DNA of 64,000 nucleotides from positions 3,348,001 through 3,412,000 of the forward strand of contig JBHGNT010000012.1 in assembly GCA_043228905.1 (NCBI GenBank), given 5' to 3'. Of the stretch, positions 47,381-59,886 are shown piece after piece (position 1 is the first letter of the stretch; each line of letters begins with the position of its first letter). Position numbers and translations under genes: made by a program. The notes under the pieces were generated by a model, which worked only from the letters and a program-made list of their open reading frames with translations, was not told where the DNA came from and did not search any database. This stretch comes from Azolla caroliniana (lineage: Eukaryota; Plantae; Polypodiophyta).

Positions 47381-50300
47381 TGTTGAGCGGCAAGCTCAAC
47401 TGGAGCCTGATTGGCTGAATAAGCCTGAGCCGGTAAGCGAGACGGATCGGTATGACGGTGAGCAACCGAGCCGGCAAGCAACAGAGTCGGTGAGCTGGGG
47501 AGTCGGTTAGCCGGATCCAATAGGTAATCGGCAGCCTAGTGTTATGTTTAGACTACTAGGCATGTATAGTCTCGTAGTAAGTGTTAGATGCTCGTGTGAG
47601 CATTGAAGTACACGGTACTTCTGTCAGTCCCATGAGGACTTGTATAAATAGCGCTGGTAAGCGCATTGTAGATACAGAGAACATTTCATATAATGTTGAA
47701 TTAACGTTCTGCTCTCTCTGTCTGTCTCTCCTGCGTACTCTCTCTCTCTCTCACTCTGTGTTTCTTGTGTTTCTATTTTAATGCTTCCGCAAACATATAT
47801 GTTTTCATGGTATCAGAGCGCCAGGGTTGAGAACCTCTGCTGCAAACATTTGCCTTGAAAAGCAAACCCTAACAGGTCGCTAGAACAGACACAGAAGCAG
47901 TTATGGACAGAGGTATGGCAAGTTCACTTCCCACAGAGAAACTCGACCGGAGCAATTACGCGTCCTGGTCATACAAAATGCATCAGTACCTACTGGGGCA
48001 TGGGTATTGGAGTTTCGTGGAAGGAACGAATGAAACAACACTTGATGCGGCACATAAGGATTTCCCAGTGTGGGAACAATCGACAAGCAGAGTGATGTAC
48101 TGTTTCGCGTCTAGTGTCGGAGACCAGTTGCTGAGCCACATCCGAGACGCCAAGACGCCGAAGGAGGCTTGGGGAAACCTGAAGAAGGTTTTCGCCACGA
48201 GCACTACAACCCAGAAGCTGCAACTCCGACAGGAGTTGAGCAATGTCCGACAGAAGGACATGTCGGTGGCGGATTATACGGCCCAGATCAAAGAGATCTG
48301 TGACTCGCTTGCCTCTATTAACGTCACCGTAGAGGAAGAAGAGATGGTACAGGTCTGTCTTGGGGGCCTGGCGTCTAAGTACAAAGCCTTTCAGACGGCG
48401 GTTTGTACAAGGGAGAATACGCCGTCATTTTTCAGCTTACAATCGATGCTCCTTGTAGAGGAGAACCACGCCGGTGCGTCAACTAGCGCACCCACTGACA
48501 GCCGGATGGTGTACACAAAGGCGGATCGGTCCCATGGGCATGGTGGACGAGGTGGGTCGGCACGCAATGGAGGCGACCGACAAGAGCAAGAACGACGACA
48601 CAGAGATCGTGCCGACAACAATTCCGGACCCTCTGGGAGCAGGGGGAGTGAATGCGGTACCGAAGGCCGGCAAAACAAATCCGCAAAGGAATGCTGGTAT
48701 TGTGGCAAGAAGGGCCACAGAGAAAGTGAGTGCTGGAGAAAGCGCGCCGATTCGGACAAATCCGGATCCGGCAAGGCCAACACGGATGGCCGACAAAGCT
48801 CGCACTATGCAAACGGATCGGGAGGATCCAAGAACAGTAAGGGACCAACCATGGTGATGAAGCACAAGGCGAACTCAATGAAGAAGACCACTTCCAAATC
48901 GGAGGAAGTGTGGTATGTTGATTCCGGCGTGTCAAACCACATGACGAGCCACAAGGAGTGGTTCTCTTTGTTGGAGAAACCGGATCAACAAGGAGTAGTC
49001 GAAACTGGAGATGACACTCCTCACCCAATCGCGCATGTCAGAGAAGTCCCTTTGAACCACGTCGGTCAGAAGGGGAAGCTTATGAAGGTATTACACGTTT
49101 CGACAATCACGAAGAACCTGGTGTCGGTCGGACAGATCGTTGACCAGGGGATGCAGGTGCGGTTTACGCACCTTGGGTGCTTCATTGAGGATGAGGACAA
49201 AGTTATTGCGCAAGGGCGCAGAGACGGGAGGATGTTTATCCTCGACACCAATGACGTCGGCACCGCTCTATTCGCAAAAGGACAAAAGGTCGAGTCGGAC
49301 ATCGACTTGTGGCACAAGTGGATAGGCCACGTCAATTACCGGAGGCTTCAAGTCCTACAAACGAAACAAGTTGTTTTCGGTTTGCCGAAGTTTAGCGGCC
49401 GGAGAGCCCAAGTTTGTGAAGCCTGCCAACTCGGGAAGCAACACCGGCCTCCATTCCCCACCGAATGAAACCGGAGCCATAACAAGCTCGACCTAATCCA
49501 TTCGGGTGTGTGGGGACCGACACAGAATGTTGGTCTTGGCGGGAGTCGATATTTCGTCTCCTTCATCGACGACTATACGCGGCACACATGGATCTACCTC
49601 ATCGAGCGGAAGAGTGAAGTCTTCGAGTGTTTTCGGAGTCTCCAAAGCATGGTGGAACGAGAATCGGAAAGGAAGATCAAATGCCTACGATCGGATGGTG
49701 GGAAAGAATACTTTTCCGGCCAATTCAACAGTTACTTGCAACAAATGGGAATTCGGCGTGAGTTCAGTTGCAGATACACACCGCAACAGAACAGTGTTGC
49801 TGAAAGGAAGAACTGGTCGCTTATTGATGCGGCAAGGGCTATGTTGAAGGAGAAGAGCATGCCCAAATTCTACTTGGCGGAGGCAGTCCGAACGGTTGTC
49901 TACATCCAGAACCGGATCGGTGATAAGGTGTCAACTCACGAGCTGTATTTCGGGCGCAAGCCAAATCTAAGACACCTTAGGATATTCGGTAGCGTTGCGT
50001 ATGTGCATGTACCGGATGAGAAGCGGAGGAAGCTGGATGCAAAATCAGAAAAATGCATCCTAGTTGGCTATGCTCAAGAACAAAAGGGTTATAAGTGTTA
50101 TAACCCCCGGACAAAGCAAGTCCGAGTTAGTCGAGATGTCGAGGTTGATAAATCGGCATCGTGGTACTCCTTACTGACTCCGACTTCCGAATCTGACCCG
50201 ATGCCGGTGGATGAGGCTAGTGAGCCTGAACCGGCCCAGGTAGAAGATGATGAAGCGTGGACTCAGGATGAGAGTCTGGAATCATTCCAGTTGAATGGGC

Positions 50301-53300
50301 CGAACGAGAGACTGAGTCAATCTGACCAGTCCGATGAGGAATCGGCGAGTATTGGAGACTCTGCCATGCACTCCCCGCGCAAGGAACCGAGGAGACGGTT
50401 CACGGCGCAAAGAGAAGGGGAAGAAAAAGATGTCGGAATTCAAAACCGGCATCGATGACTCGGATCGGTGTCCGTCCGACTCCGGCAAGGAGAAAGGCGG
50501 ATCTTCGGCAATGAAGACCGGACCGGCCAAGAAGGGCCTCAATACGGGAAACGGTGAATTACGCCGGTCCACCCGCCAGAAGGATCCCGTCAAGCAGTAC
50601 GGGTACAATGAGTACATGGCGCATCACTATGCGTACATGACTAAGGTGGCGGAAATGCATGAACCGGAGAGCTATGCAGAAGCGACAAAGGATGCAAATT
50701 GGCGTGCCGCTATGGAGGAAGAAATGCTGGCACTGTATGCCAACGAGACATGGGACCTGGTTGACCCTCCCCGTCACTGCAAACCGATCGGATGCAAGTG
50801 GGTGTATAAGGTAAAGTACAACACCGACGGTTCAGTTAACCGGTACAAGGTCCGGTTAGTGGCGAAGGGATACGCACAAACCCACGACATCGACTACGAC
50901 GAGACCTTCGCTCCTGTAGCGAAGATGACGACGGTTCGAGTGGTGCTAGCGGTTGTTGCGGCAAGGGGGTGGCATCTTCATGAGATGGATGTGAAGAATG
51001 CATTTCTTCAAGGTGATCTAGAAGAAGAAGTCTTTATGACTTAGCCTCCTGACTTTCAATCAGAGATGAACAAGTCGGCGGTATGCCGGTTGAAGAAGTC
51101 GTTGTACGGCCTAAAGCAAGCTCCTCGAGCTTGGAATGCGAAGATCACACACCGGTTGCGTAAGATGGGGTTTGTGGCCTCCAAATCGGACTCTTCATTA
51201 TTCATCTGGCAAGGCTCAGCCGGTCCGGTATGTATACTGTTGTATGTTGATGATCTAGTCATCACCGGACCAGGTGTTCCGGAAATCAACCGTGTCAAGT
51301 CCCAATTGTCGGACGCATTTGAGATGAAGGACCTGGGGAACCTTCATTATTTTCTTGCGATCGAGGTGATCCACACCCCCGATGGCATATTGCTCTCACA
51401 CAGGCATTACGCGTTGAATATGTTGTACAAGTTCGGCATGACAGAATGCCGACTTGTCTCCACACCCTTGGACCGGAACCAGAAGCTCCATCCCAACTCC
51501 GGACCGGCCTGCAATGAGAAACGGTTCCGACAAATCGTTGGAAGCCTTATATATTTGACCATCACCCGAACCAACATCAGCTATCCGGTCAAAGTGATAA
51601 GCCACTTCATGCAGAAGCCGACTGTGGAGCACCTTCAGTGCGCGCAACGAATATTGCGATATGTAAGCGGCACGAAGGACCGGGGACTGTTATACTGGCG
51701 AAGTATAATTGAAGAGCTGGTCGGCTACACGGATGCCGACTGGGCCGGCGATGCTTCAGATCGCCGATCAACTTCCGGATTTATGTTTTCTCTTGGGAGC
51801 GCGACTGTTGCATGGAGCAGCAAAAAGCAGCCCGCAGTGGCTTTGTCTAGCATTGAGGCTGAGAACCGGGGCGCGACCGTGGCTACCTGCGAAGCCATTT
51901 GGCTTCGGCGACTGCTGTGAGACTTGCGGATCGAGGTACCGACCCCGATCCCGATTTATTGTGATAACATCAGCAGCATGCAGCTCGCCAAGAACCCTGT
52001 GTTCCATGCTCACACGAAGCACATAGAAGTGCATTATCATTTTGTGTGTGAGCGAGTCCTGAACGGTGAAGTTGAACTTCGGTATGTTCACACGGATCGG
52101 CAAGTTGCCGACATCTTCACTAGGCCGCTCGGATTTGACAAGTTGCAACACTTTACCGACATGCTTGGTGTTCAACATCTTGACGTGCCGCACTTGAGGG
52201 GGAGAAGCCAAGGCAAAGAAACTGTTGAACCTGTCGGTAAGAGAAGAACCGGAAGAAGGGGAGACAAGAAGAAGAAAGAAGCCGAGCCGACGAAGGAAGT
52301 CGACACATCCGAACAAGTTGGAGCAAGCAGCTATGGTGGCAAAGTCAAGAAGGACCGAGCCAACCGGAAGGAAGAAGAAGTGTGCACTCAGGAAGAGAAG
52401 TGCATGCTGTGCGGAGGTCATCACGGCGGTAATGACCATGATGCAGAGTCAAATACAGAATTCGACTTCGGTGAACCGGCTGAAGAAGCCGAAGATGGAA
52501 GCAAGGCCAAGACACGGACGTGGTCTAATGTGGTGAAGGGTTTGAAACCGGTAGATGAATCGGAGAATACCGATTCGGACAAGAGCTGGAAAAAGTCGGA
52601 GATAGCCGACTTAGATCAACAAACGGATCTGGATGAGTCGGATCAACTGAAGGCCAAGGAGACACGGACGTAGTGGAAGTTGATGCCATCGCGGAGGAAC
52701 CGACAGATCGGCAAGCGCGAGAGTCATAGCAGCGAAGGAGCTGAGATGGGCCTATTGAGCAGACATGCCGATCGACAAGGTCGAGGCGCGCAGAACCAAA
52801 GGGGTCGCGGAAAACGTGACCAGACCAGACGAGGAGCGCGAGCAAGGCGGAACGACGCCAGGAGAAGTCGGTTGGCAGAATCGACTGCCACAGACGTTGA
52901 CATTACTATCCTACCTCAGGTTGAGCTTGAGGGGGAGTGTTGAGCGGCAAGCTCAACTGGAGCCTGATTGGCTGAATAAGCCTGAGCCGGTAAGCGAGAC
53001 GGATCGGTATGACGGTGAGCAACCGAGCCAGCAAGCGACAGAGTCGGTGAGCTGGGGAGTCGGTTAGCCGGATCCAATAGGTAATCGGCAGCCTAGTGTT
53101 AAGTTTAGACTACTAGGCATGTATAGTCTCGTAGTAAGTGTTAGATGCTCGTGTGAGCATTGAAGTACACGGTACTTCTGTCAGTCCCATGAGGACTTGT
53201 ATAAATAGCGCTGGTAAGCGCATTGTAGATACAGAGAACATTTCATATAATGTTGAATTAACGTTCTGCTCTCTCTGTCTGTCTCTCCTGCGTACTCTCT

Positions 53301-53364
53301 CTCTCTCTCACTCTGTGTTTCCTGTGTTTCTATTTTAACGCTTCCGCAAACATATACGTTTTCA
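47381..53364 (+). mobile_element. Ty1/copia G, structurally complete and young
   Basis: 427-bp LTRs at 47381-47807 and 52938-53364 (~6 mismatches by eye). TSD GACAA (47376-47380, 53365-53369). PBS at 47808-47819, PPT at 52929-52937. Confidence 0.97.
47903..52943 (+). pseudogene. pol: gag-PR-INT-RT-RH polyprotein of G with a few nonsense/frameshift lesions and a long charged C-terminal tail
   Basis: CWYCGKKGHRESEC, WYVDSG, LWHK.IGH, RSDGGKEY, YVDD, YTDADWAG, KHIEVHYHF. Stops at 49466, 51042, 51918 and 52671; frameshift at ~50400. Confidence 0.93.
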
Positions 53365-56300
53365 GACAACCTAGTCATTAGTGGTGAATGATTGGTCGAC
53401 ATCAACAAAGTCAAGTCCCTAATCTTCAGCAAATTGAACATGAAAGACATGGAAGGGTTCCATTACTTCGTAGGTATTGAAGTGATTCAGACTCCTGAAG
53501 GCATCATCATCTCCCAATGGTACTACATCCTAAACTTACTCTTTAAGTGTAAGATGATGGAATGCAAGTCCGTAACAACCCCTCTTGATCGAAATCTGAA
53601 GTTGGATGTTGACTCTGGCACTACAGAGTGTGAGCCGACACGTTATCGACAACTAGTAGGAAGTCTAATCTACATCACTATCACCCAACCAGACCTCAGT
53701 TATCCGGCTGGTCTCCTTAACCAATTCATGGAATCACCACGCGACGTACATCTAGATTGTGCTAAGCAAGTATTACGATAGGTGAGCGACACTATGGATT
53801 ATTTCATTCTTGACAAGTCAGTAATGTAGATTTAATTCAAAGGGTACACAGATGCCGATTTGGGTTGGCTACCAAGCCAACCAATGCTCGACTTCAGGGT
53901 TTGTCTTCTCTCTCGGAACTGGAGCCATCTCTTGGAGTAGCAAGAAGCAGTCGACCGTACACTATTGAGCATAGAAGTCAAATATAAGGGTGCAACCATG
54001 GCTGCATGTGAAGCCGTATGACTTAAGAGGATTTTGAAAGACCTAGATGTCTCCATCAACGAACCAATATTGGAGTAGCAAGAAGCAGCCGATTGTAGCA
54101 CTATCGAGCACAGAAGTCGAATATAAGGGTGCAACCATGGTGGCATGTAAAGCCGTATGGATTAAGAGGATTTTGAAAGACTTGGATGTCTCCATCAATC
54201 TATTGCAACAATCTCAACAACATTCATCTAGTTCGGAATCCGGTATTTCATGCTCAGACCAAGCACATCGAGGTGCACTGCCACTTCATCCGGGAACGTG
54301 TCCTTGCAGGAAACGGTCTGTAATGTTCTCCTACATGGGCACATAAGCCAAATGGATCTCCCCAACGGAGAATCTTTGCATGACATGGTGATAATGCACC
54401 TCAATTTTCTTAGTGCGAGCATGGAACATAGGGTTCCTTGCAATTGCCAATGCACTTTGACTGTCAATGAAGATGGTGGTGATAGAAGATTGACCAACAC
54501 CCAAATCAACTAAAAGGTGTGTGAGCCACACACTCAACTATAGTTGTGAAAGTTGCCCTATACTCATCCTCACAACTGGAAGTGGCCACAATTATAGGTT
54601 GTTTCTTTCTTAACCAAGATATGCATGAGCTAACAAGCATGAAGCAAAAACCACTTGTGGACATACGAGTGTCATAACAACCAACCCAAACAGAGTAAGA
54701 AAAAGCATGCAAGTTTGGTAGTAGCGATCCCCCCTTGGGATAAAACAATCCAAGTGGCCAAGTACCACTCAAGTAGCGAAAGATGCGCTTAACGGACTGC
54801 CAATGCTTAACTTTTGGGAAATGCATAAACCTTCTCATCTGAGAGACAACAAACTGAATTTCAAGTCGGGTTATGCATAAGTATATCAAGTATCCAACTA
54901 CCTGCTGATAGAGAACGACATCAAATGCATCCCCAACATCATGGAGGCTCAAATGTAAACTTGTCTCCATGGGAGTGACAATAGGTTTATAGTCTTCAAG
55001 GCCAAAACACTGCAATAATGTGTCAATGCATTTCGATTGACACAAAACTATTCCACCATCAATTTGCATAAATTGAATGCCCAAATAATGATACAAGTGC
55101 CCCAAATCTGGCATCTCAAAAGAGGCATGCAAATCAACCTTAAAGTCAACAATGTGCTTCTTATTGGGACCAGTGACCAACATGCCATCAACATAAACAA
55201 CCATGATAAAAAATACATCATCAACATGCTTAACATATAAGGTGCTTTCAATTGGACTATTCTCAAAACCAAATGCAATTAAATAGGCATGTATCTGTTC
55301 ATACCAAGAATGTGGTGCTTGCTTCAAGCCATATAATGCCTTTCTCAAACTGCACACTTTGTGCTCATGCCCTTTCTGCACAAAACCACGGGACTAAAAT
55401 ACATAGTACACTTCCTCATGAAGATCACCATTTAGAAATGTTGTTTTAATGTCCAATTCATCTACATTCCAACCACGATGAGCTACAAATGCACAAATGC
55501 TACAAATAGTAGCCATACGACAGGTCGGAGCAAAGGTCTCATCAAAATCAATGCCTTTTCTTGGGCATAACCTTTCGCAACAAACCTAGCCTTCTACCTA
55601 TCAACTGTTCCAACAGGTTTACACTTCAACTTATATACCCACTTAGTGCCAATAGACTTTTCTTTTCTTTTCTCAAAACAAAATATCCTTCCATTAGTTG
55701 TATAAAAAGGGTCATAACAACTACAACATACAAAGTTCCCCCCGCAACCCGTCTTGTGTAAGACATTGGTTGAGGAAACAAATCCAAAGTAGAGAAGACA
55801 ATCCACTAATTGCAAGCTATTCATTAGACACAATGCAAGGTATCATATCCATAGACAACAACCCAAGTACTTATATTCGAAAAAAAGCCCTCACAAGTCA
55901 TAGTTATGTACCTTTCAATACTTCTTCAACCTGCTACTGTTCAACATAATCTTTATCCAAAAAAACCCCAATGCTACTAGAAACTTTCAAGGTAGATGAA
56001 TGTGTATTCCGTGCATGTATATCATAGATTTGAAGGCGATCCAATACATTATACTATAAACTCAACAAATAATATGCTCCCTCTTCCCACATCAACCATC
56101 TCGTCGGTTACCACCAACTTCCTGTACATCACAGATTTGAAGACGATCCAATACATTATACTGTCAACTCAATAAATATGCTTCCTCTTTCCACATCCAC
56201 CATCTCGCCGGTTACCAACCAACTTCCTGTCATACAACAACACATTAAGTCAATTTTCTCCTCTCCTCATGAGCTTCTACTTCAGGCCCCACACCATCAT

Positions 56301-56484
56301 CACTAATCCTTATTAAAAACATACAAAATGCTTTTTGAAGTTCACATCAACCATCTCGCCGATTACCACCAAATTCCTTCACATAGACAATAAAATGGCT
56401 TTAAATTCCTCATCTTCTCATGAGAATATGCTTCGGCCTCCACACCATCATCACTCATCCTTATCAAAACCATAAAAATTGATT

Positions 56485-56552
56485 CGTTAGAATGAGAGTC
56501 ATGGGTGGTGCAATGGAAGTGAACTCTGTGTATGTGTGAGTGCAGTAAGACA

Positions 56553-56583
<31 letters not shown>

Positions 56584-59500
56584 TAAGTTGGTAAGGTTGC
56601 CCTATGGAGACCAGGTGGTCATGGGTTCAACCCCTACATTCCACAGTGGCATCTAGTGAAATAGAGATATATATGAAGTATATAATAGAGAGGTGAGGAA
56701 ATTGGGTTTCGAACCCAAGACACAGTGCTTGTAGTGTTATCGACTTACCACTAGGGTAAGCTAATTATGATAATAATAAAAAAGAGAGAGAGAACTCTGA
56801 ACAAAGAAAGTGTATATTACATCCCATAACGACTCAATTACAAAAGGTTGGTTTAAATACCATATATTCTAGGGAAAATGCCCTTTCTCCTAATTACAAA
56901 TCTATCCTAGTAAGTTGTCCATTGACTAGTGTGAACACTATCCCTATGGGAAGTTGAGTTCGATTCTCAACAAGCCCCTTTGAACACAACTTTTGGATGT
57001 CGAAAAGTTGGTTTGGTTCGATCCTCGAAAAGCTTCGATTTGGCTTAATTAGATTTTGGAAGGCTAGTCGACACGGCTTATGATTTCAATTGTTCGATTC
57101 TCCGTGTTCAGTTGTTCGATTGTTTGTTCGTACTACGACACCTCTGGTCGGCTTTTATCGACTGATCGGTTACTGTTCGGCATCGACTGCTACTGTACTC
57201 CCCCTCAAGCGCGGCTGGTCGGTGATCGAGAGACCAAGGTTCGTCACAAACTCTTGTGGTTCACTCAGTTGAGTCGTGATCAAACTTTCTTTGAACATGT
57301 GTTTGAGTCGATCTTCTTCTTTTGTCTCTTGTTCAGCCGATTCCGGGATGAGTGGGATCGAAATCGGTGTCGATTGTGGTTCGTACTAGGATGCAGACTC
57401 GTCGAAAACGACTTCTCAACTCACTTGAACTTTTCGGGTAGAAGGATTGTAACATTTGTACCCCTTTTGTATGAGTAAGTACCCTACGAGGATACATTTC
57501 TTGGACTTAGGATCAGCTTTTGTTGTTTTTCGTCGGGAATATGTATATAGGAAATTGAGCCGAATATCCGGACATGTGATAGGTCCCGCTTCTTTTTGAA
57601 AAACTTATCATGAGGGGTGATGTACACCTGTTCATGAGGTAAACGGTTGTGTTAGCCGCTTCTGCCCAGTACGATTTCAGCAGGTTCATCAAGGCCCGTG
57701 CAACCTCTACTATGTGCCGATTCTTTCGCTCGGCTATGCCATTTTGCTGAGGTGTGTGCCGACATGAGAATTCTCGATATTCCTTCCTTTCAGATATATG
57801 TCGTAAACTCATCCGAGAAATATTCTTTGCCTCCATCCGATCGAAGACAGTGTAGGTGCCGACTCGTGGCTTTTTCAACTTGAACCTTTGGAAGTGAACG
57901 AACACTTCGCTCTTCTGTTTCATCGGGTAGATCCAAGTGTGCTTGGAGAAGTCGTCGATGAACGTGACATAGTATCGGCAACCACCGAATGTTGTTGTCT
58001 GGGCTGGTCCCCACACATCTGAATGTACTACATCCAGGATCCCCTTGCTTACATTCCTCTCTTTCGGGAATGGATGTCGGCGTTGTTTTCCGAACTGGCA
58101 TGCTTCACATATGCCTGTAATCTCTCTATCCGTAAAGTTTGGAAGTCCAAATGCGACTCCTTTCGATTGCATGTTTTGGAGCTTCTGGAGATTAATGTGG
58201 CCAATTCCTTTGTGCCACAGTTTCAAGTCAGTTTCAAATTTAAGACCTCTCGTGAACATAGCCGATTTCACCTCTTTCGATTCAAGGACGAACATTCGGC
58301 CTTCTCGACAACCGTGCGCTATGATTTGATGGTTTTTTTCGATGAAGCACCCTTCATTATTGAAGCGTACTTGCATACCTTGTTCGACAATCTGGCCGAC
58401 CAAGACCAAGTTTTTTGTGATGGTTGGGACATGCAAGACGTTTTTGAGATAGGTTTGTTTGCCCTCATTCTCGAATGGGACGTTTCCGATATGCCAAATC
58501 GAGTGAGTTGTGTCATCTCCGGTTTCGACATAGCCGAGACGATCGGGCTTTCGTAATTCTCAGAACTAGTCTTTGTGGGACGTCATATGATTGGATGCTC
58601 CCGAGTCGACAAACCATACGATGTATGAAGAAGAGGTGCTAAGCTTGTGACGACATCGAATGTACTTTGTGCCTCATCATACATTCCGCCTCAATCATCG
58701 TAGTCGGAATTTGATGCGTAGTGAGTTGTCCGCTAGTCGAAGCCGAGTCTCGTATCTTTTTTTGGCACTCCTCTTCATAGTGGCCGAGTTTGCCATAGTA
58801 CCCGCATTCGATCAGGTTGTTACAATTGCTCGATCCGGCAGGATAGCTCCCCCTTCTGCCGAACTCTCTGGCATTGCTCCTATCGTCTTGCCATTGGCGA
58901 GAGTTGTGTTTTTGGGTCGATTGACCATGTCGCCCTCGGCCAAATCCTCTTCTATCATCCGACTGTGACTAGAGCATCTGACCATCCAATGCATTGCTCC
59001 TTTTTCGGGCATGGTTTTCTTCCACCAATAATATCGATTGAAGGTCGAAAAAGGAAGGTGGGTTCTCCCTTGCGAGAATGGTTGATCTGATCATGTTGAA
59101 TCGTGGTGATAAGCCGCCGAGGCATATTTGCACCATTTCTTCATCATTGATGATGACATTGATCGATCCGAGGGCATCACAAAACTCCTTGATCTTCAAG
59201 GTATAGCCGGTGATCGACATATCCCTCAGTGGCATGTTGTTTAGCTCTTGTCGAAGTTGGAGCTTTCGTGCAGCCGTATTGGGTGCAAAAATCTTCTTGA
59301 GGTTTCCCCATGCTTTTTCGGCGTTTTCGAATCTCGAATATAGCTAAGCATGTGGTCATGAACGCATGACACAAGGCAATACAACACATGGCTCGCGACC
59401 TGCTCCCACGCTAGGTAGTCAGGGTGTGTCGGGTTGGCTTGCGTTTCATGAGCTCCCTCAATGTAGCTCCAGTAACCTTGTCCGGCAAGGTTCTGATGCA

Positions 59501-59886
59501 TCTTGTACACACCCCGACCACCTAGCCTACTCCCATGCTAGGTAATCGGGGTGTGTCAGGTTGGGTTGTGTTTCATGAGCTCCCTCAATGTAGCTCCAGT
59601 AACCTTGTCCGACAAGGTTTTGATGCATCTTGTACTCCGAAGATGAGAAGTTTGTTCTATCGAGCTTCTCTATGGGAAGGGTGCTTCCCATTTGAGTGTT
59701 CATTTTCAAACTTCTTTTACTCTTGATGCAAACTATTTAGATCGTTGCTACAGTGATCAATCGGTTCTCTCTAAATGCAAGTCTGAGCACAACACACGTA
59801 AAGGTGATGGGCTTGGATCAAGCTACCATGCGCTATGATACCATGTAAAGAATGAGAGTCGTGGGTGGTGCAACGGAAGCAAACTC
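56485..59886 (-). mobile_element. Copia J, deletion derivative (gag-PR-INT, no RT/RH), 5' LTR truncated
   Basis: 3' LTR at ~56485-56972 ending GATTCTCAACA. PBS at ~59832-59843. Only ~43 bp of the 5' LTR remains (59844-59886). gag N-terminus is tandemly duplicated (~59400-59640). Confidence 0.82.
56578..56783 (+). mobile_element. SINE-like dual-tRNA element, copy 2, inside the (GA)n tract of the J LTR
   Basis: Highly similar to 15480-15655. The - strand module reads CCTAGTGGTAAG...GGGTTCGAAACCC. A-rich tail; absent from the related LTR at 62083-62352. Confidence 0.75.

Larger units (their letters stand above)
47190..54330 (+). pseudogene. Older copia RT-RH fragment H, split by insertion G
   Basis: SKSDNSL..FIILYMD (47304-47380) continues at 53370 with LVIS..MKDM..YFVGIEVI..WSSKKQ..HIEVHCHF. 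Internal duplication at ~53930-54200. Confidence 0.85.
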
